From: an archaeon HR01
GTDB lineage: Archaea > Thermoproteota > Nitrososphaeria_A > Caldarchaeales > Caldarchaeaceae
DNA: 64,000 nucleotides
NCBI GenBank assembly: GCA_002898355.1
Contig: BEHD01000005.1
Location: 34,411 to 98,410 of the forward strand
Reading direction: 5' to 3'
The translations under genes were made by a program, and so were the position numbers. The notes beneath the pieces were generated by a model. It was not told where the DNA came from and made no database searches. It saw only the letters and a program-made list of their open reading frames with translations. Positions within the stretch are counted from its first letter, which is position 1, and each line of letters opens with the position of its first letter. Shown here in pieces: positions 9,700-20,037 of the stretch.

Positions 9700-9933
9700 A
9701 TGCCATTAGCTTTTCTACTCCTCAACGTAAAACCCGGCAAGGAGGAAGACGTCTTAAAGGCGCTCGCCGAGATTAAGGAGGTGAAAGAAGCCCATCGGGT
9801 ATACGGTGTCTATGACACCCTCGTGAAGGTTCAGGCGGATACAATGGAGAATCTCAAGAGTATATTAAATAATAGGGTGAAGAGGATCGAGAACATCACC
9901 TCAGTCGTCTCCCTCATAGTGACCTCGGGTTGA
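9700..9933 (+). CDS. Stand-alone RAM/ACT-like (Lrp/AsnC C-terminal ligand-binding) domain protein, 77 aa
   Basis: The beta-alpha-beta-beta-alpha-beta pattern LLLNVKPGKEEDVLKALAEIKEVKEAHRVYGVYDTLVKV is typical of an AsnC-type RAM domain; no HTH is present. Confidence 0.5.
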   Translation: MPLAFLLLNVKPGKEEDVLKALAEIKEVKEAHRVYGVYDTLVKVQADTMENLKSILNNRVKRIENITSVVSLIVTSG

Positions 9934-11507
9934 GTAGGAGATTCACCATACCGGCCACGGAGTCGGACCATATAGAGTTCAAGGAGAAGCTTCTCTCCTC
10001 CGTACATCTCAGGCCTGAGAAGATGCAGAAGCTGGCCAGCCAGATGAAGCACAGGCTCCAGATGGGGAATGGGAAGGCCGTCTATGTCTTGGGCGTGAGC
10101 GATGATGGCAGGAGTGTTGGCCTCTCCGAGATTGAGCTGGAGGAGAGTCTGAATGTTTTGAAGGCTGTGGCCATCGAATGCGGTGCCGTGATAGACAGGG
10201 TTGAGCGGTTTGAGGAGAACAATTTGTCGATTGCCAAGGTGATAATCTCCAGCGTCGCTGAGCCTAGCAGAAACCATATAACAGTTGCTGTGGCGGGTCA
10301 TGTAAACCACGGCAAGTCAACTCTTCTAGCCTGCCTTATAACAGGTGAGCGGGACGATGGAAAGAAGTGGCTCTACCTAGACACCCTACCCCACGAGGTT
10401 GAACGCAACCTCTCGGCCGACATACATTTCGCCCTTCTCGGCTTCAACGGCTCAAAACCTATACTGCTGTCCAACCCCCTCGACAGGGTGGAGCGCAGCC
10501 GTGTGGCAGGTGAGGCTCAGAAGCTTGTGAGCTTCGTGGATACTGTAGGGCATGAGCCATGGCTCCGGACAACCATCCGCGGGATTCTGGGCCAGGAGAT
10601 AGACTACGGCATACTGGTTGTGGCTGCGGACGACGGCCCAACCCATATTACGAGGGAGCATCTGGGGATAATGCTGGCCACGGGGCTTCCAGTCATAGTC
10701 TGTATCACCAAGTCCGACAAGGTGGCTGCTGAGAGGCTGGAATACGTTGTGGATGTTACGGGAGGCCTTCTCAAACGTGTAGGCCGTATCCCCTATGTCA
10801 TCAGGCGGGAGGAGGATATCAACCTAGTCATGGACAAGCTCTCAGTGGTGGTTCCAATAATCAAAACCTCCTCAGTCACCCGTGAAGGCTTCGACCTTCT
10901 CTACTCCATACTCAGAAGCCTACCAGCCCGTCCTAAGGTCTCTGACAAGCCTCTCCTACTCTACATAGACCGGGTCTACAACGTGGAGGGTGTGGGCAGT
11001 GTTGTCTCTGGCTCTGTCAGGCAGGGCAAGCTGACGGCTGGGAGCGAGGTTCTTGTGGGGCCAGACCCGAAAGGCGTCTTCAGGATGGTGAAGGTGAGAA
11101 GCATAGAGACACACTACGCCCGAATCCCTGAGGCCGAGCCGGGATATATCGTAGGCGCAGCCTTGAGGGGTGTGAAGCATGAGCTCCTCCACAGAGGGAT
11201 GGTCCTATGCGACCCAGCCCTAAAACCTCAGGCAGTCTACAGCTTCGAGGCCGAGGTCACGGTCCTATCCCATCCCACACGGATCGGCAACGGATACGAG
11301 CCGGTTCTCCACTGCCACACGATAGCCTCATCCGTCAAGCTAACACTCTTGGATAGGGATTATCTGAAGGCTGGCGAGACGGGAAGGGTTGTCATGAGGT
11401 TCAAGTATAGGCCTTGGTATGTCGTGGAGGGTGATAAGTTCATCTTCCGGGAAGGCAAGACCAAGGGTATAGGGACGATAACTAGGATTCTAGAAACAGC
11501 GGGCTAG
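9930..11507 (+). CDS. EF-Tu/EF1A-family translational GTPase with a roughly 110-aa N-terminal extension (GTPBP1-like). TTG start overlaps the upstream stop (tTGa).
   Basis: G1 AGHVNHGKSTLLACLITGERDDGK, G3 DTVGHEPW, NKxD-like TKSD, followed by beta-barrel domains 2 and 3. Confidence 0.7.
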   Translation: MSRRFTIPATESDHIEFKEKLLSSVHLRPEKMQKLASQMKHRLQMGNGKAVYVLGVSDDGRSVGLSEIELEESLNVLKAVAIECGAVIDRVERFEENNLSIAKVIISSVAEPSRNHITVAVAGHVNHGKSTLLACLITGERDDGKKWLYLDTLPHEVERNLSADIHFALLGFNGSKPILLSNPLDRVERSRVAGEAQKLVSFVDTVGHEPWLRTTIRGILGQEIDYGILVVAADDGPTHITREHLGIMLATGLPVIVCITKSDKVAAERLEYVVDVTGGLLKRVGRIPYVIRREEDINLVMDKLSVVVPIIKTSSVTREGFDLLYSILRSLPARPKVSDKPLLLYIDRVYNVEGVGSVVSGSVRQGKLTAGSEVLVGPDPKGVFRMVKVRSIETHYARIPEAEPGYIVGAALRGVKHELLHRGMVLCDPALKPQAVYSFEAEVTVLSHPTRIGNGYEPVLHCHTIASSVKLTLLDRDYLKAGETGRVVMRFKYRPWYVVEGDKFIFREGKTKGIGTITRILETAG

Positions 11508-12745
11508 TTCTTCATCCGTGCCAGCGTGAGGAGGGCGGCGGACTGAGTCGCCAGTATGTAGGCTATAACGACCTGAGATGGGGCTCCGAAATCCATTAAC
11601 ATCCCATATATCACGCCGCTGAGGAAGGCTGAAACACCCAACCCGGTGTTGAGAAGCCCGTAGGATGTGGCCGTACCACCCATCTCCGACACAGCCGCCC
11701 TATATACAGACTCTTGCATACCCAGAACAGAGCCGAAGAAGGCCGCCGAAAGAAGTAGCGTGAAGAAGTCTTGGGCGAGGAAGGCGGTAGCCGAGGAAGG
11801 TATAGTCAGTATCAGGGGTATTGCTAGGGTCTTCAAGCCGTATCTGTCGTATAGGAAGCCTACGGCAGGCGCTACAGCCATGTCGACCAGCTGCACCACT
11901 AGATAGATTAGCGGGACGAGATATGTCTGCCCCGACGGCGAAAGTATGGCCGAGGCCCTGTAGAGGATGAGGGGCGCATATACCAGCCCCACCGAGTTGA
12001 GGGAGGCCAGCAGAGTGAGGAGTCCAACACGGCCGGCCGGAGCCCCGCCACACCCAACCTCTGGCTTGACGGCTCCAAGCCTTCCATAGGCTACGGCCAT
12101 GATTGCAAGGAGCGCTGCATAGGCTGGAAGGGTTGAGGCGAAGGCCACACCATATCCTCCGGGGAATAGGGCCAGCAACACCAGCATAAGAGCGGGCCCA
12201 GCTACAGCTCCCAGCTGGTCCACGGCCTCATGCAGGCCGAAGGCTTTCCCAGCACCCATACTCCGGCTGACTGCTGAGAGAACGGCGTCCCGTGGAGCTG
12301 TCCGCAGGGCCTTCCCAAGCCTCTCCACAACTATGAGGGCTGCGGCCAATTCCCAGCTGCTGGCCAGTGAGAGGAGGGGTATGGCCAGTATTGCTCCGTA
12401 TCCTAGAAATATGAGATGCCAGTGTGTTCGGGTTCTGTCGGCCAGAGCCCCCGAGCCAAGCTTCACAACCTGCATCACCATCTCGCCCAGACCAGTCACA
12501 ACACCCACCACAAGGGCTGAAGCGCCCAAAACTCTCAGATAGTCGGGTATGATGCTTCTACCACCCTCGTAGATGAGGTCTCCTAGAAGGCTGACAAGTC
12601 CTAGGAGCAAGACAGCCCTAAAACCTCCCATCATCCAGAAGCCACCCATAACATCCAACAACAAACGTGTTGGGAGCGGCCTGCGACACCACCATAGCGT
12701 ACACAACCAAAAGCATAAATAAATACCCCCCACATCCAAGGCCAA
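11504..12745 (-). CDS. Major facilitator superfamily transporter
   Basis: 12-TM pattern, 413 aa, MFS-like loop motifs. Confidence 0.65.
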   Translation of the reverse strand: MALDVGGIYLCFWLCTLWWCRRPLPTRLLLDVMGGFWMMGGFRAVLLLGLVSLLGDLIYEGGRSIIPDYLRVLGASALVVGVVTGLGEMVMQVVKLGSGALADRTRTHWHLIFLGYGAILAIPLLSLASSWELAAALIVVERLGKALRTAPRDAVLSAVSRSMGAGKAFGLHEAVDQLGAVAGPALMLVLLALFPGGYGVAFASTLPAYAALLAIMAVAYGRLGAVKPEVGCGGAPAGRVGLLTLLASLNSVGLVYAPLILYRASAILSPSGQTYLVPLIYLVVQLVDMAVAPAVGFLYDRYGLKTLAIPLILTIPSSATAFLAQDFFTLLLSAAFFGSVLGMQESVYRAAVSEMGGTATSYGLLNTGLGVSAFLSGVIYGMLMDFGAPSQVVIAYILATQSAALLTLARMKN

Positions 12746-13681
12746 GTGTGGCTGGTGAAAGCTAAGCCTTTTTTTGTTTTAGGTTCACTGGCTGTACTCA
12801 TCCAGGCCGTATCCGGATGGTGGGATGTCTTCTCCCACAGGATAGAATTTGTAGATGAGGACCCTTTGCTAAATCCAGCCCATGTCGGCCTCTTCGCCGG
12901 CGTTCTCCTACTGTCGGTGAGCGTCTCGAGGAAGGCCGGCGGCCCGGTTAGGCCGTCTGGCCTGGGCCTGTTGAGGCTTTTCGTCATAATTCAGTTAATG
13001 TCCGGTGTGGCTAATGAGATTATCCATAGGATACCTCATCTGGAGGCTGTACTCGATTTCTACATACATAGCCTATTTACTTTGGGGATGCTACTCGCAT
13101 CGCTGCTATTATTCGTCGGCGCCAGCCTCAGCTATCTGGTGACAGGGAGGGTGGGGAGGGACCTCGTTATGCTGTGGTCTATCTCTATGTCTGGCGCAGC
13201 CCTATGGCTAATCTCATCAGGCTCCATACTCTATCTTTTCCACCAAAACATGACAGCCACGGCGCTAATGCTGGGGTTTATAGCCTCGATAATCCTGAAC
13301 ACAGCTACAGCAGCATCTATGCGTGTTGGTGTGGCGGCTTTAACATCTGCCACATACTTCACCGCATCATATCTTGTGCTGGTATTGTATGCAGGGGTGA
13401 ACCCATACCCACCCTCTGGCCCCTCCACAGTCCTTCTGGTAGAGTCTATGGTGGCGCTGATAGCTGTGAAGGCTGGGCGGGTGAAGACATCCCTGCTGTC
13501 CGGCGGGGCCTTGTACGGGCTGTTAACGGAGATAATCTACTACCCTATGCTGGGAAGACCGTGGACGGTGATAGAGGCATCTATGTGGGGCCTCATCGGC
13601 GGTATTCTGGGAGCCCTCCCCATACTACTCCTCGGCGGACACATATCCCAACTCTATAGAAGTAAGATACCGGTAGTTTAG
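12746..13681 (+). CDS. Polytopic membrane protein, unknown function (start uncertain)
   Basis: At least eight hydrophobic helices; no motif recognised. Confidence 0.35.
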   Translation: MWLVKAKPFFVLGSLAVLIQAVSGWWDVFSHRIEFVDEDPLLNPAHVGLFAGVLLLSVSVSRKAGGPVRPSGLGLLRLFVIIQLMSGVANEIIHRIPHLEAVLDFYIHSLFTLGMLLASLLLFVGASLSYLVTGRVGRDLVMLWSISMSGAALWLISSGSILYLFHQNMTATALMLGFIASIILNTATAASMRVGVAALTSATYFTASYLVLVLYAGVNPYPPSGPSTVLLVESMVALIAVKAGRVKTSLLSGGALYGLLTEIIYYPMLGRPWTVIEASMWGLIGGILGALPILLLGGHISQLYRSKIPVV

Positions 13682-14111
13682 GACTTGCTGGATGGGGCTC
13701 CGGCAATATACCCTAGGCTACCGGCTGTTGTTCATGTCATATTTAATCCCTACATGTATTTCTTTGAAGGATGTTGAGGAGGTTATGGAATAAGGCCATG
13801 GTCCCGATGATAGAGTCTCCTCAAGAGGTGTAGACAGCCGATGTATCGCCTGAATCTACATCTACCGCTGACCATACATATGATTTATTACCACTATTCT
13901 TGATTACCTTATCGTCTTAGCTATAACCCTCCTAAACTCCCTAGATGGATTGAATAAACTTTAGACCTGGCTCCCCAATGTCTCCCTAGAAGCGCTGACC
14001 AGGAAATACCTTCCGGAAGATATCCCTCAAGCTTAATCCACCCATATTAGAGAATAAACGTGTAGGCCTCCCAAGTAGTTATGAAACCTGACAGGGGTAG
14101 TGAGCCTGGCT

Positions 14112-14804
14112 CTAGACTTCTATTTCCAGTTCTTTGGCTAGCCTGTATGCCTCCTCCTCTATGTAGGGTGTTACTATTAGTAATCTATCAGGTCTCTTGC
14201 CTGTGACTTCCTCGTATAGCTTGGATTTCCTCATGAATGTGGATACGTTAGCCCTCCTAACGTTGGAGGATACCTCTATCAATATGGTTTTCCCGTCGTG
14301 GATGCTTACGTCGACCTCAACGTTGCTTGGGTAGCCATAGACCACACCCTTAGCGTCTAAGTGGCTCCACCTCTCAACCCTAACACCTAGCTCCCTGCCT
14401 AAGAGACCCCTAATCCCCTCCCTGAACGCCTCCTCCGTCATAATCCCCCACCTAGCCCCCAAAGCAGAGAGCCTCCTCTCTATCAAGTCGAAGCCCCTAT
14501 TCATGTCCTCCCTGAGCTTGCCCACCTCCTCCCAAAGCTTGTTCTGACCCTCCCTAAGTGATTTAACCTCTTCCCATAGCTTGTTCTGGTTTTCTTCTAG
14601 CTTTAACATCCTCTCCTCTAGAACCAACATCCTTTCCTCTAAAGCAAGCATCCTCTCCTCCATCTTGTCCATCCTCTTGAGGACCTCGGATAAACCTAGG
14701 TAGCCTGCAACCGTGTACCTAAACTCTACGTCCTTCTCCAGCAGCTCTATGAACTCCTTCCTCAGCTTCCCAGACATCCTCTTGATTGGCCCTGAGAAAA
14801 ACAT
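14112..14804 (-). CDS. Coiled-coil protein with a C-terminal PD-(D/E)XK-like/DUF3782-type domain (crenarchaeal family sometimes annotated as chordopoxvirus-fusion-protein-like)
   Basis: Heptad repeats EERMLALEERMLVLEERMLKLEE and NQNKLWEEVKSLREGQNKLWEEVGKLRE. The C-terminus has D...EVDVSIHDGKTILIEVSSNV, resembling a D-(D/E)xK nuclease core. An isolated gene with AT-richer flanks. Confidence 0.5.
   Translation of the reverse strand: MFFSGPIKRMSGKLRKEFIELLEKDVEFRYTVAGYLGLSEVLKRMDKMEERMLALEERMLVLEERMLKLEENQNKLWEEVKSLREGQNKLWEEVGKLREDMNRGFDLIERRLSALGARWGIMTEEAFREGIRGLLGRELGVRVERWSHLDAKGVVYGYPSNVEVDVSIHDGKTILIEVSSNVRRANVSTFMRKSKLYEEVTGKRPDRLLIVTPYIEEEAYRLAKELEIEV
14529..14682. repeat. In-frame DNA tandem repeats inside the coiled-coil gene: three 21-bp units (aacatcctctcctctagaacc-like) and two roughly 39-bp units
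   Basis: Direct inspection: aacatcctctcctctagaacc / aacatcctttcctctaaagca / agcatcctctcctccatcttg, and cccaaagcttgttctgaccctccctaag / cccatagcttgttctggttttcttctag. Confidence 0.55.
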
Positions 14805-15033
14805 TTTATATAATGCTTATTTAACGTTTCCCATTGTGTTCAGATAAGCTGATATAATTAAACCCTGGGGTTTGATTGTTGTTTGCATGGATATTGTGGC
14901 CTTGGTCTCTAGCCAGAGAATATAGAACGGTTTAAACTGTTACCCTTTACAGCATCCGGCTGCCCATAAGTGTGTAGCGGCTAAAGATTTGGACATGTAT
15001 AAGACTATATAACGGCTAGACCGCTATGAGGCG

Positions 15034-16497
<1,464 letters not shown>

Positions 16498-16509
<12 letters not shown>

Positions 16510-17262
16510 ACCCCTCATCCTCTCCATCAAATCCCTTATCCGGTTCTCCAGCTCCGACTTCAAAACATCCCTCTTCTCCGGCTCTGCAGCTAGAAGGCTG
16601 AGCTCCAGCTCAACCACACGCTGAACTCTATCCTTCACGGTAATCATCGGAGGGAACCGCTGGTCTAGACGGGTTCTATACTTGTTGCATAGCTTTAGTA
16701 TCTCGGCCTCTACGGTCGCTATGTCGGCACCCTCGGGTACTGCTATGGGTATGACGATTCTCTGGGCTGCGTAAGGTGACACGTTGACCGAGGTGTGGCG
16801 GAGGAAGAGGGAGTTGGGGACTGTTATGACTGAGCCGTCCTCACCCCATAATACCGTGGCCACCATATTAATCTCGATAACCTTACCCCGCTGGCCAGCC
16901 ACATGTATGTCGTCGCCAACCTTGACCGGGATGAAGCTCCCCATAAAATATCTAGCGGCCACATTCACTAGAACATCTCTAGCAGCCACTAGGAATGCTA
17001 TTCCGGCTAGGGCTAATATGAGCAGGAGGAGGTCTAGGCTTAGCCCTAGATAGTTCACCACCAGCAGGATGCCGACGAGCCAGATGAAGATGGATGCGCC
17101 CCGGGACACCTGCTCAACTATCAACGGTGGAACCCTGTAGAGAAGCCTCCTGAGGAGGGCTGAAACGAGACGGGATATCAGGGCTGTGGCCAAGAGTATG
17201 GCTGCTATTATGGCCAGGCTGAAAACTATGGCGGTTATCTCGGGGATTTCAACGGCTATCAA
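16498..17262 (-). CDS. Small-conductance mechanosensitive channel (MscS family)
   Basis: Three TM helices plus an MscS beta-domain (GDDIHVAGQRGKVIEINMVATVL); 4-nt overlap with the upstream GT gene. Confidence 0.75.
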
Positions 17263-18608
17263 CCCGACATCGACTCCAGAATCCTAACCTCATCCTTGAA
17301 ACCCCTCTCCATGCTGCAAAGTTTGGAGGTCTCGTATCCGGCCTCTCCCATCACCTGCCTAAGATTTTCATCGGCTAGTAGCGTCATCATCCTCCCAGCC
17401 AGCTCCTCTACATCGTCGGGACTCACCAGAAAGCCGTTGACACCGTCCTCGATTAGCTCCGATATCCCTGCGGCCCTGCTCACGATAGCAGGCTTCCTGT
17501 AGAGCCAGCTCTCCACCACCACCAGCCCGAAACCCTCCATTATGGATGGGAGTATCGTGAAATCCGAGAGTGTGTAGGCTGCCTCCAGCTCTCTCTGGCT
17601 CACATGCCCCGTAAATATTACACGCCCCCTCAGGCCGAGACGCTCCACCATAGATGTCAACCTATCCCTCCATATCTCACCTTTGGAGAGGCCGAGGCCC
17701 TGCCTAGAGCTGGAGAAGCTACCGTTACCCACAATAAGGAGCTTCACATCACCAACCCTGTTGGCTATTCTAGCAAATGCACGTATGGCGCGGTCATGTC
17801 CCTTCATAGGGTCTAGCCTGGCCACCATAGAGATGATACGTTCATCACCCAGCCCAAACTTGTCCCTGAACGCATCTAGCTCAGCCCTAGACGGCACCCC
17901 ATACTCTTTCTCATTAATGTAGGGATAGATGTGGTAAACGCTGCCCCGATAACCTCTCTTCAGAAGGGTCTCCACATAGCGCTTACAGCTTACTATTACG
18001 ATGTCGTATGCGTTAAGATATCTGCTGAGGAAGTCAGTCCATTCGACGGGTATCAACGTCTCATCAAAGGGAATATGCCAACGGAAGATCTTCGGCTTCA
18101 TCGTGCTCAGCATACTCCCTGTTGGCAGCTGTTGGAAGTCATGTATGTAGAAGAGGTCGAAATCCACTTCCCTATCCAGCTCCATTATCTTTTCACTACA
18201 AACCCTGTTATACTGGGTGTAGTAGGCGTAGTCGTCGGCCCACGCGATATCTAACAGCGATAGTGGATACTCGTCCTGTAGGCCGTGGAGGAGGCGCCAT
18301 AGTCGTTCCTTAGAGACGCCATAGCCTTTGAGGACCTCACCGCTAAGCCTGATGTAGTGGAGCCTGAGTCCGTTAAAGATAACCTTCTCAGGCCCTGACG
18401 GGTTTAGGGAGACCCAGTGGGCCTCCTCCACAACACCCCTATCGATCATATGCATAAGTAGCGGGTAAACCATCCTCGTCACACCTCCCGGCGAGAAGAC
18501 GAAATCAACCCCTTCAACCATCTTCGAAGCCTCCACAGCTTCATTAAAGCCCTGAAAAGAATGGGTGAAACGCAGTAAAGGCGTCTGCGAACAGACCAAG
18601 AGCTTCAT
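17259..18608 (-). CDS. GT4-family glycosyltransferase, TreT (trehalose glycosyltransferring synthase)-like
   Basis: C-terminal GT1/GT4 motif EGFGLVVVESWLYRKPAIVSRAAGISELIEDGVNGFLV. Its pairing with MscS resembles the treT-gt-msc operon described in Thermoproteus tenax. Confidence 0.7.
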   Translation of the reverse strand: MKLLVCSQTPLLRFTHSFQGFNEAVEASKMVEGVDFVFSPGGVTRMVYPLLMHMIDRGVVEEAHWVSLNPSGPEKVIFNGLRLHYIRLSGEVLKGYGVSKERLWRLLHGLQDEYPLSLLDIAWADDYAYYTQYNRVCSEKIMELDREVDFDLFYIHDFQQLPTGSMLSTMKPKIFRWHIPFDETLIPVEWTDFLSRYLNAYDIVIVSCKRYVETLLKRGYRGSVYHIYPYINEKEYGVPSRAELDAFRDKFGLGDERIISMVARLDPMKGHDRAIRAFARIANRVGDVKLLIVGNGSFSSSRQGLGLSKGEIWRDRLTSMVERLGLRGRVIFTGHVSQRELEAAYTLSDFTILPSIMEGFGLVVVESWLYRKPAIVSRAAGISELIEDGVNGFLVSPDDVEELAGRMMTLLADENLRQVMGEAGYETSKLCSMERGFKDEVRILESMSG

Positions 18609-18706
18609 TGTGCATATCTCTGATTTGGCGTTTTTAAATCTTTACAATTTAGAGGAAAATAGAGCCCGCGTTTGATGGCTGTTGACCCATAAAAAATAGG
18701 GGTTGT

Positions 18707-19243
18707 TTATTTTGTTAGGAATTTCGTCCCCTCCTTTATGCCCTCCCATGATTCGAGTATTTGGTTGGCCGAGTCTACCTTGCATCCGTAGACTATCAGC
18801 GTGTGGCCTTTCTTTTCTAGGATGTGGCGTATCACTGCGTTGAGGGGGCATGAGAGGAAGGGGTCTGGATATCTCTTCGACAGCTCCTCATACGCCCTCA
18901 GCCCGAGTAGGTTGCGCCAGACAGCCCTGTTACCCCTGTCCTTCGTAGGCTCCACCAGCTCAAGCTCTGCGAAATCGAGCTTCTCGATAAACGTCTTTAC
19001 GATATGCTCTGTTATCTCCTGCGGTGTCTCACCCCGACCCAGCTCTACACCATTCTTCGTCAAGTATTCGTAGATGTATTTGCCGAAGCTTCTGTGTATC
19101 TCCTCGGCTACGACCGCTTTTGAGGGTGTTTTGGCCAGCTCGCCCAGCGTGGCGCCTAAGCCATAGAGGACGGCGTCGTATACTAGCTCTCTTCTGTTGA
19201 AGGGTTCTGCCTCTGCCATGGCTGTTTTTGTGGTTTTGCCCAT
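18707..19243 (-). CDS. Hypothetical protein, possibly a V4R-domain (hydrocarbon-binding-like) protein
   Basis: C-terminal PFLSCPLNAVIRHILEKKGHTLIVYGCKVD resembles the V4R Cys-containing motif; weak. Confidence 0.3.
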   Translation of the reverse strand: MGKTTKTAMAEAEPFNRRELVYDAVLYGLGATLGELAKTPSKAVVAEEIHRSFGKYIYEYLTKNGVELGRGETPQEITEHIVKTFIEKLDFAELELVEPTKDRGNRAVWRNLLGLRAYEELSKRYPDPFLSCPLNAVIRHILEKKGHTLIVYGCKVDSANQILESWEGIKEGTKFLTK

Positions 19244-19312
19244 ATTTATACTATATTATATTACACTAATAATTATATTATTCCACTATAACGTTTATGA
19301 CCCCAAGCCCAC

Positions 19313-20008
19313 TCACTCCTTCTCCCTTCCACCCACCAACGGCGCGGCTAGAATGGATGTATCATCACTACGGCCCAGCTCGGGGTAATTCTCCCTCAAG
19401 TAGAGGCGTATCAGATAGATTGCGGCCAGAACTGCAAGAACCCCTGGAATCACCAAGGCCCATCTCGGGAAGAAGATGGATTCCGTCAGGAAGAGGGAGA
19501 TCCCAACCCAGAGGGTGGGTGAGAGGATGAAGAAGATAGCCACAATGATTTTGACCAGTAGCTCTGTGTCGGCCAATATCCGTGCTATTGAGGCCTGCCA
19601 TCCATCAGCCAACTCCAGCTGGGACTGGAGTGTCGGCGATATATTGTAGAGGGTCCTACCCACCTCCTCGAAGAGACGCGCCGAGGCAGTAGCGAAGGAG
19701 TTGGCCCGCAGCCAGGCCACACGCCTCCCCTCCTTATCCAAGAGGAAGACATCATCGCCGACAACCTCCATGGTCAGCCCACGCCTCTTCCCAAACTTCT
19801 CGATAAGCCTGAGAGTATCCCTGTTGACGGATAGCTGGACATTCTTCCCCGACATGCCTAGTAGGGCTTGATGACCGGGTATGTAGAGGTTGACTGTGAA
19901 GGCCCCATCCCTGAACTCAGGCATCTTGCTCTGTATGACGGCGTCGGCCACACCTTTACTCTTCTGGTCCCGGACATGGTTGAGGGCTTTAATGAAGGCC
20001 TCGGACAT
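19313..20008 (-). CDS. Hypothetical protein with an N-terminal soluble domain and two C-terminal TM helices
   Basis: ORF and hydropathy only. Confidence 0.3.
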   Translation of the reverse strand: MSEAFIKALNHVRDQKSKGVADAVIQSKMPEFRDGAFTVNLYIPGHQALLGMSGKNVQLSVNRDTLRLIEKFGKRRGLTMEVVGDDVFLLDKEGRRVAWLRANSFATASARLFEEVGRTLYNISPTLQSQLELADGWQASIARILADTELLVKIIVAIFFILSPTLWVGISLFLTESIFFPRWALVIPGVLAVLAAIYLIRLYLRENYPELGRSDDTSILAAPLVGGREKE

Positions 20009-20037
20009 GTAAAGCCAGAGTAAATACGAGAATATAG

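Noticed and set aside
9930-11507. Calling the GTPase SelB or aIF2-gamma
   Set aside because: No selenoprotein context. The G1 motif and the GERDDGK insertion fit GTPBP1-like proteins better, and the N-terminal extension is not aIF2-gamma-like. Left as a family-level call.
18609-18706. Possible box C/D sRNA (TGATGG ... CTGA) in the intergenic region
   Set aside because: No canonical RUGAUGA box C plus CUGA box D pair with correct spacing could be found by eye. Not supportable without a scan.
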